Source: Eledone cirrhosa (taxonomy: Eukaryota). From it: 64,000 nt of DNA. The notes beneath the pieces were generated by a model. It ran no database searches, was not told the origin of the DNA, and was given only the letters and a program-made list of their open reading frames with translations. The DNA is taken from positions 409,076,001 to 409,140,000 of the forward strand of contig OZ024740.1 of NCBI GenBank assembly GCA_964016885.1, in the 5' to 3' direction. Every line of letters starts with the position of its first letter. Within the stretch, counting starts at the first letter, position 1. Positions 53,694 to 64,000 of this stretch are shown one piece after another. The position numbers and the translations under genes were made by a program.

Positions 53694-54080
53694 TTGTTAT
53701 ACTTGGGGAGGGTCATATTTGTGTAATAATATTGCCAGAATTAATAACAGAACACACTCATAAATAAACAGACTAAATAAAGATGGCGTAGGCATACAAT
53801 ACAACGGGAGGAAACATAATAGCACCACTGACGATGTTGCAGGTGTGCAACGTAAGAACTTTGTTAGACTATATATATGTGTTTGTGTCTATATTGTATC
53901 TGTATTTTTGACCGTTGGTCAGTCAATGGTAACATTGAGGACCGAATAAATTAAATTAACCGATATAAAAAGCGATAATTAACCGATATAAGAAGCGAAA
54001 ACCAACCAACCAGTGAGTGTGTTCTGTTATTAATTCTGGCAATATTAATACACAAATATGACCCTCCCCAAGTATAACGA
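53694..54080 (+). mobile_element. Solo Penelope pseudo-LTR with ~65-bp inverted termini and a degenerate hammerhead
   Basis: ttgttatacttggggagggtcatatttgtgt...aacacactc vs gagtgtgtt...acacaaatatgaccctccccaagtataacga. Shares gatggcgtagg and atgaccctccc.aagtataac with 48610-48856. CTGACGA tgttgca ggtg tgcaac GTAA gaactt at 53828-53861. Confidence 0.8.
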
Positions 54081-54117
54081 TTTCATATCAAAATCCTCAC
54101 AAAACTAATTCATCGCC

Positions 54118-54240
<123 letters not shown>

Positions 54241-54254
54241 ATATATATATATAT

Positions 54255-54480
54255 AAAACCCAAGGTTAAAAAACGAAAACCCTGGGAAATAGAGAGGATA
54301 CGCCAAAAGCGCAAAGAGTTGCGAAAAGCTGCAGAATTGAAAGACACTCAACAATCTCCAAAAAACATTAGTAACTTCAGTGCTGCTTGTACAGCACTGA
54401 AAAGTGAGTATGAAATTGAGCAAGCCGAATACATGCAGAGAAAGATCAGTCATATCTCGAGAACTGTCAGTATTCAAGGT
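54255..54480 (+). pseudogene. LINE ORF linker fragment (EN-RT interdomain)
   Basis: [23 protein letters not shown]...[10 protein letters not shown]; resemblance to LINE linker regions only. Confidence 0.4.
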
Positions 54481-54524
54481 GGGGTCGGGCAAAAGTGGAG
54501 AAGAGAAGGATAACAGTGTGGGTA

Positions 54525-55120
54525 TCTCTCAAGTTCTGAGAATCCAGGAATACATTCTGCAGGCCATATCAACTTTGCTATTTATATGAGTGGCCCAGCT
54601 TATGTTGTTGTCCACAATTACTCCCAGGTCTCTGATGTTATTGGATGCCACTAGAGTTTCACCCGAAGGAAGAGAGTATGGTAGTTGCAGGGCATCCTTT
54701 TTTCCAAAGAGGATTAATTTAAATTTATCCTCATTCAACACCATATTATTCATTTCTGCCCATTAGATAACAGCCAGTAGGTCTGAATGAAGGCAAGTCC
54801 GGTCTCCCACCTCATTGATGACCCTTTGGAGCTTGGAATCATCTGCGAAGATTCTTACCTTGCTGTGCTTGATGATGTCAGTAATGTCATTAATGTAGAT
54901 GATGAAAAGAAGTGGGCCCAACACAGTGCCTTGTGCGACGCCACTGCTGACTTTGGCAGGGCTTGATTTTACTGCTTCGACTACAACATGCTGGGTTCTG
55001 CCTGTCAGGAAACATTTGATCCACTGTAGTAACCTCCAGAGACACCAACATTGGATAGTTTTTTCAGTAGAATCTTATGATCAACCCTGTTGAAGGCCTT
55101 GCTGAAGTCAAGGTAGATGA
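54525..55120 (-). pseudogene. Decayed CR1-type RT fragment
   Basis: IYLDFSKAFNRVDH, SGVAQGTVLGPLLFIIYIND, IFADDSKL, IRDLGVIVD. Confidence 0.9.
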
Positions 55121-55974
55121 AGGTATGATCTCAGTTCAGTTTTAACTTAACCTGTAAACATGATCTTAGTTCAGTCTTAACTGACTACATAAGCAACTCA
55201 CTTATATACATTTCAGCACTTTACAGTGTGTACTGGGTACATTTAATTGTGTTGCCACCACCAGGGAGGTTGTCATGTACTTGACACAACTAAAGAGTCC
55301 TATCAACTATGCCAAGCAAAGAGTTGGGAGGACACTTTAGTTGTGTCATAGACATGACAACATTCCTAGTGCTAGTGTCACAATAAAATGTCCCCAGTAC
55401 ACTTAGTAAAGCACTGGAATGTATCATCATCATTGTCATCATATGTCCACCTACCATGCTAATATCATGGTCCATGACTAGATGGGTCGGGGAGCTTCAT
55501 CTTGCATGTGTTCCATGTTTAGCATGGTTTCAATAGCTGGATGCGCTTTCTAATACCAACCGCTTACAAATTGTACAAGGTGCAATTTATAATGATACCA
55601 GTACGAGCAACTTACAAATTGTACAGGATGCATTTTATTGTGACACAAGCACAAAAGAGTTTGTCATCTCTACGCCATATTGTCTCTATTCAATTGCCAA
55701 CCACTTTACAGAATGTATCGGGTGTAGTTTAACATGGTACCAGCACTAGATCTGTCATATGTCTTGCCAGACTGAAGAGTTTTCTAAACACCATATTGTT
55801 TCCATTCAATTGCCAACCAGTTTACACAGTGCATTTTATCATGGTACCATCAGCCACTTTACAGAGTTTACTGGATGCGTTTTATGTCACTATGTAGTAG
55901 TGTCTTAGGCAAGTGTCTTCTAGTGTAAGCCCTAGATAACCAATGCCTTGTTGAGAGTGTTGCGAAGTTTGAAA

Positions 55975-56130
55975 GTGATGGGATGTTGTGAGGTTATGTT
56001 GTGGGGTTGTGATGGTAGGTTGCATTGTGAGGTTGTGTTGTGATGTAGCATTGGGAGGTTGTATTGTGGGGTTGTATTGTGGGGTTGCATTGTGAGGTTG
56101 TGTTTGTAGCATTGTGAGGCTGTGTTGTGA
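55975..56130. repeat. Degenerate (TTGTG)n pentamer-based low-complexity repeat
   Basis: Direct reading. Confidence 0.75.
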
Positions 56131-56699
56131 ATTGATAAATATCTGAGCAATGAAAATTACCTCTGGTACCCAACTGTAATTTAGCCAGTGTCACCTTAGC
56201 TGAGCAGTAAAAACACACATCTGGCCTTCAGCAGTCAGTTAGTCACTTTCAACTAAAACTCATAGATATGAGACACCAGCATGGTCATAGTTCATTCTCT
56301 GATATCAGTAAAAGATGAGCATTTTATCTATAAATACATTGTGACTGATTTCTCTTAATGTTAACAGTGGACTTAACATTCAAGGATATTTGTATATATC
56401 TTGTTAATGTTTGACATTGTTTTTTAGTTACGAAATAGCTTAAAAGCTACTTTATACGATGATAGAGCATGAGCACACTGCTCTTTAAATTAACTTTATC
56501 TCCACAGCACTTCGTAAATTCTGAGAGATAGGCAACATATATATTTTACATTCTTTGTTTTTGGTATTTAGATGAAAGAAGAGGAGACAAAGGCACAGAG
56601 GAAGACAAAGGCACAGAAGAAGACAAAGAAGATGAACAAGGAGAACAATTATTATTGTTATTATTATTGTTATTGTTATTTGTATTATTATAATCAAAA

Positions 56700-56942
56700 T
56701 AAGCCACACCACACAATACCATACCATACCACACCACACCACACAACAGACCATTATACTATACCACACTATATAATACCACACCACACTGGCAAACACT
56801 ATAGCAGGCCACATTATACAACACCACACCACACTACGGAACACTATGCAACACCACACCATGCTATGAAACAATATACCATACTACAACAATATACAAC
56901 ACCACACTATGAAACACTATACTATACCACACTATAACACAC
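56700..56942. repeat. Degenerate (CACAC/CACTA)n pentamer repeat
   Basis: Direct reading. Confidence 0.75.
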
Positions 56943-57049
56943 AATTTAAGTTAGAGATAATCAACTTTTTTCCTAACTGTAAACTAAAACTGAACCCTAA
57001 AAATAACAGTTGCCCTAACACTTACACAAACACATACCCTAACAGTTAA

Positions 57050-57770
57050 CTTAACACTAACATGAAAACTAACGCAGACACTAATCTGGAAACTAACTCT
57101 GAAACTAACCCAAACACTAACCTGAACACTATCTCTAAAACTAACACTAACACTAACTTGAAAACTAGTACTAAAACTAACACTACCATAAACACTTACA
57201 CTAACACTAACCTGAACACTAACGCCAACAGAAATACTAACACAAACACTAACACAAATATTAACACAAATATTAACACAAAAACAAACACTAACACTAA
57301 CACAATCTCTAACACTAATATAATCTATAACACTAATACTAAAACTAACATTAACACTAACATTAACCTGAACACTAATGCTAAAACTAATACTAACACT
57401 AACCTGAAAACTAAGCTAACATTAACCTGAACAGCAAAACAAACTCTAAACAAACACTAACGCTAACAGAAATACTAACACACACACTAACACTAATACA
57501 ACTATAAACACAAAAACAATCTCTAACACTAACACAAATATTAACTCAAACACTAACACTAACACTAAAACTAACATTAACACTAACATTAACTTGAACA
57601 TTAACACTAAAACTAACACTAACCCGAAAACTAAGCTAACATTAACCTGAACACTAAAACAAACACTAACACAATCTCTAATACTAACCTGAACACTAAC
57701 ACTAACACTAAGCTGAACACTAACACTAAAACGAACATTAACACTAACCTTAACCTGAACACTAACACAA
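57050..57770. repeat. Degenerate (AACACT)n hexamer repeat
   Basis: Direct reading; explains the Asn/Thr-rich and Val/Leu-rich spurious ORFs. Confidence 0.85.
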
Positions 57771-57779
57771 TCACTTGAC

Positions 57780-58021
57780 ACCAATGTGACAAATATTCTT
57801 CCTGTTTTTTTTTTCTTTTTTTTGGTTACCCCCACAATCTGACATCAAAGGTGCTTGCCATTGACTATTTTTTTTCACACATTATCAATGTATGACATGG
57901 AAACCTATCGTTTACAATTGGCTTCAATGTCATAACGTCACCAAACCAAACCACACCAAGCTACACCATATACATCACACCATGATATTGATCTCAGTGT
58001 GAAACATTTTCTTCCTCGTTT

Positions 58022-58056
<35 letters not shown>

Positions 58057-59343
58057 TGTGTGCTTACCACCCAATCTGACCTCCATGTTGCTTGCATTTG
58101 ACTTTTTTTTTTTCACATATTAAAAATGAATGTGATTTTGAAACCTGTCAAAAATGACTTTGTAGAAAAAAGTGGGTGGAAAGACCATTTAGAAAGCTAG
58201 TCGTTTTTGATTGCAATGGAAATCATATTTGTTGTTAATATGCTAACAAAATTGTTGACTGCGAGCATCTTGGAGGCTGAATTAGTTGATAGCACATGGA
58301 AAAACGAAGGAAAAATTATTTTTCTGGCTTAAATCAAAATTAAAATTAAAGTCCTTATTTGATAGGGAAACACATTATAACAAAGCAGACGACACAACAT
58401 TAAACTACACAAAACCACACTATACCAAACTACACTATGCTACATCACACTATGGTATTGATATCAGTGTGAAAAATGTTCTTCTTATTTCTTTTTTTTG
58501 TGTGTGTGTGCTTACCACCCAATCTGACATTAAAAGTGCTCCGAATCGACTATTTTTTTCCACATATTAAAAATGAATGTGATTTTGAAACCAGTCGAAA
58601 ATGACTAGCTTTGTAGAAAAAAGAGGGCGGAAGTGGGTGGAAAGACCATTCACAAAGCTAATCATTTTTGATTGCAGCGGAAGTCATACTTGTTAATATA
58701 CTAACAAAATTGTTGACTACGAGCATCTTGGAGGTTGGATTAGTTGGTGACACATGGAAACATGAAGGAAATATTTTTTTCTGACATAAATCAAAGTGGA
58801 AATTAAAGTCCTTACTTTATAGGGAAACATATTATAACAAAGCAGACCACACCACATTAAGCTACCCCAAACCACACCATATCAAACCACGCCATACTAC
58901 AACATATGGTAAATTTATTGCAGGAACCTACTCCTACTGTTTACATCACACCGTGGAATTGACATCAATGTGACAAATGTTCTTCCTGGTTTTTTTTTTT
59001 TGTGTGCTTACCACCCAATCTGACATTAGTGCTTGCAAATGACTATTTTTTTGCAAATATTATCAATTATTATGACATGGAAACCTGTAAAAAATGACTA
59101 GTTTTGTAGAAAAAAGAGGGAGGATTGTGGGTGGAAAAACCATTGACAAAGCTAGTCATTTTTGGTTGCAGTGGAAATCACACCCGTTGATAGCATGCAA
59201 AAAGAATAGTTGATTGCATGCATCTTGAAGGTGAGATAAGTTGAAAGCACATGAAAAACAAAGGAAAACAAATTTTCTAGCTTAAATTGTTTTACCTGTC
59301 TACCTACCTACCTACCCAATTATATATATATACATATATATAT

Positions 59344-59397
<54 letters not shown>

Positions 59398-61710
59398 GCG
59401 GCGGTCCCTTCCGGGAAGTGGCCATGCTCAGTGTGTAGGAAAGGCGTAGGTAGAAACTCCATTTTGTGTCCCAAATGCAAAGTATGGGTGCATAAAAGAT
59501 GTAGTGGGATCACAGGTAAGCTAACTAAGAATATAGATTTTACATGTGGCCAGTGCTCTGGTGCAATAAGTAGCAGCAAGTGCTCACAAAATACTAGCTC
59601 TTTCAACTGCGCAGAGGGTTCTATAGAAATAGTGGACAGCTTCCGTTACCTGGGTGACAAAATCAGCAGTGGGGGAGGGTGCTCTGAAAGTACAGTAGCT
59701 AGAGTCAGAACTGGATGGAAAAAGTTCAGAGAGCTTATACCACTATTAGCCGCTAAAGGGTTCTCCCTAAAAATGAAAGGCAGGTTGTATGATGCCTGCA
59801 TACGAACAGCAATGTTGCATGGCAGTGAGACCTGGGCATTGTGTGCAGAGGATATACGCAGACTAGAGAGGAATGAAGCTTGCATGCTCCGCTGGATGTG
59901 TAATAGTAATATACGTGGACGGCAAAGCATAAACGAACTAAGGAAAAAATTAGAAATAAGAGGGATCAGATGTTGTTTACTCGAGAGAAGGCTACGTTGG
60001 TATGGTCACGTGATGCGCATGAAAGACGACAGCTGTATAACAAAGTGCAGGGCAATAAAGATAGACGGTAGCCACGGAATAGGCAGACCCAGAAAAACCT
60101 AGGACGAGCTGATAAATTCCGACCTCACACACTTACACCTCTCCAAGACAATGTCACTGGACCGAGACCTTTGGCGGTACTCAGTAATAGAGAAGACCCG
60201 CCTTACCTAAATACAAAGTAAAACCTACTACAGTCAGTAGGCATCTCTAACAAAATACACCCCCGTCCCACCACCCCTACCCCATCCACACCGCCCCTTT
60301 CAATGTAAAGTTATGTTGGTGCCACAACATCCAGGCCGAAACAAATGAGATCGTGTAGGTGTCACGACAAAAAAACACACAGTTCACACTGTAATGTGGC
60401 CGTGTAGGCAACACGGTAAAAACCTCCCAGCCCCACACTGTAAATGTGGTTGGTGTTAGGAAGGGCATCCAGCTGTAGAAAACCCGCCAGACAGTCCACG
60501 CTGTAATGTGGCCATGTAGGCAACACGGTAAAAACCTCCCAGCCCCACACTGTAAATGTGGTTGGTGTTAGGAAGGGCATCCAGCTGTAGAAAACCCGCC
60601 AGATAGTCCTATGCGAGCAAGATAATCACTCTTGCCTCAAGTGGGAAAACCCCCGTCCAAACCCATGCAAGCGTGGAACACGGGCATTAAGCGTTGATGA
60701 TGATGATGATGATGATGATGTATCTATCTTTCTATCAATCTATCTAGTTATCTGTGCATCAGTCTATCTATCTCCCTCTATCTATCTACCTATCTATATC
60801 TACCTACCAAGCTAAGTATATATTTACTTGCCTTGCTATTTAAATATCTAACACTAATCCAGGAAAAAAAGTCAACTACAAGCATCTTTGAGGTCACTTT
60901 TTAAGTTAGAGAGGATATGTATTACATTTTAAAGATTTTAAGTTAGAGAGAATCACATTATACCATACAACACAATGACTCAGCATACCACACTAACCTA
61001 CACAACACCAAACCAGATTATACCACACCCTGGTAAATTTATAGAATACCAGCATTTCTGTTTGAAAAGTTTTTGTTTCCTCATTTGTTTTGGTCCTATC
61101 ACACAAGATGCTTGCAATTAACTTTTTTTCACATATTATCAATGAATATGATTTTGAAACCTGTCAAAAATGACTAGCTTTGTAGAAAAAAGAGGAAGGA
61201 TTGTCGGTGGAAATACCATTCACAAAGCTAGTCATTTTTTATTGCAGTGGAGGTCATACTTGTTGGTTGCGAGCATTTTGGAGGTTGGATTAGTTGATAG
61301 CACATGGAAAAATGAAGGAAAATTTTTTTTATAAAAGTCCTTACATTAGAGAGAAAGACATTATAACAAAGCACACCAGACCACACCACAATAAACACAC
61401 TGCCCCACACCAAATTATGGTAAAGTTATTGAAAAACACCTTGATCTCAGTGTGAAAAACTTTTCTCCTTTTTTTTTGTGTGTGTGTGTTTACCACCCAG
61501 TCTGACCTCCAAGGTACTCACATTTGGAAAAAACGAAGGAAAACAAATTTTCCAGATTAAACTGCTCTACCTATCTATCTACCTACCTGCCTACATAATT
61601 ATATATATATATATACACACATCTAACTCCCTATATATCTATGTATCTATCTCTCTATCAATCTATCTAGCTATCTATGTATCAGTCTATCCATTTATCT
61701 ATCTCCCTCT
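57780..61710. repeat. Diverged long-period (~0.5 kb) tandem repeat, interrupted by an RTE copy at 59398-60720
   Basis: Recurring block gtgtgcttaccacccaatctgac...aaaatgactagctttgtagaaaaa...gggtggaaagaccatt at ~58060, ~58505, ~59000, ~61100-61500. Confidence 0.8.
59398..60720 (+). mobile_element. 5'-truncated RTE LINE starting just before the PHD finger
   Basis: AAVPSGKWPCSVC...; premature TAG at 60100-60102; 112-bp tandem duplication in the 3'UTR (60381-60604); (GAT)n tail; preceded by (TA)n. Confidence 0.95.
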
Positions 61711-61730
61711 AACTATCAGGAAGCCCTATG

Positions 61731-61785
61731 ATGGCTTCCTGATGATTTCTCCTGAATGAAACAGTTCTAGTCCTGTAGAAGCCAT
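61731..61785 (+). ncRNA. Complete type I hammerhead ribozyme motif
   Basis: Stem I atggcttc/gaagccat (8 bp); CTGATGA 61739-61745; stem II t-ttc tcct gaa-t; GAAA; stem III cag/ctg; GUA cleavage triplet at 61775-61777. Confidence 0.78.
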
Positions 61786-61944
61786 TTCTATATATATATA
61801 TATGTATATATGTATATATATGTATATATGTATATATGTATATATATATATGTCATCATCATCACTGTTTTACGTCCGTTCTTCCACGCTAGCATGGGTT
61901 AGACGGAATATATGTATATATGTATATATGTATATATATATTCT

Positions 61945-63495
61945 CTACTCCATTATCTGGTGGGCTCTTAGAAAACTAGGTGTTGATGAATGGCTTGTGA
62001 CAAAGCCATGTACAAAGAAAGAGTCAGCAAGGTTAGAATTAACAACGAATATAGTGAAGAATTTAGCGTAACAGTTGGTGTTCATCAGGGCTCTGTCCTT
62101 AGCCCCCTCCTATTCATTATTGCCATTCAGGCTATAACAGAGGAGTTCAAGACCGGCTGCCCATGGGAACTTCAATATGCAGATGATCTAATGCTCATAG
62201 CTGAATCAATGGCTGAACTAGAGAAGAAATTCCAAACATGGAAGCATGGCCTAGAATTAAAAGGCCTTAAAATTAACTTGCTAAGACTAAAGTTCTAGTA
62301 TGTAGGAATGAAAATAGGGCACTGGTCCCCCCTGGGAAATGGCTATGCTCAGTGTGTAGGAAAGGAGTAGGCAGAAACTCCATTTTATGTCCCAAATGCA
62401 AAGTATGAGTGCATAAAAGATGTAGTGGGATCCCAGGTAAGCTAACCAAGAACATATATTTTATATGTGGCCGGTGCTCAGATGCAAAAAGTAGTAGCAA
62501 GTGCCCACAGGATACTAGCTCCTTCCATTGCCCAGATGGTTCTATAGAAATAGTGGACACCTTCCATTACCTGGGTGACAAAATCAGCAGTGGTGGAGGG
62601 TGCTCTGAAAGTACAGTAGCCAGAGTCAGAACGGGATGGAAAAAGTTCAGAGAACTATTGGCCGCTAAAGGTTTCTCTCTAAAAATGAAAGGCAGACTGT
62701 ATGATGCCTGCATACGAACAGCAATGCTATATGGCAGTTAGACATAGGCATTGTGTGCAGGGGATCTGCGCAGAGTGGAGAGTAACGAAGCTTACATGCT
62801 CCGTTGTATGTGTAATAGTAATATACGTGAATGGCAAAGCATAAATGAACTAAGTGAGAAATTAGAATAAGAGGGATCAAATGCTGTTTACTCGAGAGAA
62901 GACTACGTTGGTACGGTCACGTGATACGCATGAAAGACGACAGCTGTATAAAAAAGTGCAGGGCGATCAAAATAGATGGAAGCCACGGAGTAGGCAGACC
63001 CAGTAAAACCTGGGACGACTTGATAAATTCCGACCTCACACACTTACACCTCTCCAAGACAATGTCACTGGACCGAGATCTTTGGCGCTACACAGTAATA
63101 CAGACGACCCGCCTTACCTAAGTACAAAGCGAAACCTACAGTCAATAGGCATCTCTTAACCAAAAATACACCCCCCACCCCCATCTACACCACCTCTTTC
63201 TCTGTAAAGTAATGTTGGTACCACAACATCCAATCCTAAATAAATGAGGTCGTGTAGGTGTCACAACAAAAAAACACTCAGTCCACGCTGTAATGTGGCC
63301 GTGTGGGCAACACGGTAAAAACCTCCCAGTCCACACTGTAAACGTGGTTAGTGTTAGGGAGGGCATCCAGACGTAGAAAACCTTCCAGACAGTCCTATAC
63401 GAGCAAGACAACCAATCTTGCCTCACGTGGGACAATTCCTGTCTAAACCCATGCTAGCGTGGAAGATAGACGTCAAACGATGATAATGATGATGA
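61945..63495 (+). pseudogene. Decayed 5'-truncated RTE LINE, same family, older
   Basis: SIIWWALRKLG, GVHQGSVLSPLLF, YADD and PHD remnant; frameshifts and stops; 3'UTR and (GAT)n. Confidence 0.93.
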
Positions 63496-63503
63496 TATAT
63501 ATA

Positions 63504-63552
<49 letters not shown>

Positions 63553-63564
63553 CATATGTATATC

Positions 63565-64000
63565 ACTAGTTAGGCAGCGGGACAGGCAGATAGTGTCTAA
63601 TACCAAGGCATACCCTGGGGAAGAATGTACCCCACAGCATAGGCTAGTTGTTAGTGATATCTCAGTAAGCAAGAGATGGAATGAGACATACAGGAAGGTG
63701 TGGAGAAGAAAGGTCTGGAAGCTAAAAGACCTTTCACTAAAATACAAATTTAGGAAAGCTCTTCAAGATGGATATGACGAAAAAGAAGACGATTTAGAGA
63801 CGTATGACATAGATATTAACTGGAATTTCTTACGTGACAACTTGCTGCAGGCTACTGATGAAACTTGTGGCTGGAGCAGAGCTCCAACCAGACAGAGAGT
63901 GACCTGGAACAGCACAGTAGATAAGGCCATTGGAGACAAAAGACTAGCATGGAAGGCTTGGAAAAAGGGTGGGAGTAGGGAAGAATATACAGCCGCTAAG
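63565..64000 (+). pseudogene. RTE LINE fragment (end of APE and linker), running off the window
   Basis: TKAYPGEECTPQHRLVVSD...RRKVWKLKD...LLQATDETCGWSR. Confidence 0.85.

Noticed and set aside
56485-57835. Low-complexity ORFs (His/Thr-, Asn/Thr- and Val/Leu-rich)
   Set aside because: Translations of pentamer and hexamer simple repeats, with no splice or domain evidence.

Overview
Eukaryotic, AT-rich, repeat-saturated window with no recognisable host-gene exons, rRNA, genuine tRNA or CRISPR array. The repeat inventory suggests a cephalopod (Octopus-like) genome (inference). Main contents: (1) A family of RTE-clade LINEs with (GAT)n tails. One copy is apparently full-length and intact (~15908-19830, minus; APE + RT) and one is 5'-truncated but open (50002-53293, plus); many fragments exist. 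The ORF carries a C4HC3 PHD-type finger inside the RT domain, and most copies sit in (TA)n microsatellites. (2) An R4/Dong-type REL retrotransposon inserted in the (ATT)n tail of a CR1. (3) Several Penelope-like element remnants (RT + GIY-YIG, pseudo-LTRs, inverted tails) with at least seven recognisable hammerhead-ribozyme motifs, including a ~320-bp palindrome with a hammerhead on each strand. (4) A decayed mariner, tRNA-derived SINEs and TTAA-flanked MITEs. (5) Satellites: a 15.1-kb 44/72-bp array with higher-order repeats, a 53-bp array, and an old ~81-bp satellite broken up by insertions. All calls come from reading the sequence by eye; boundaries are approximate.
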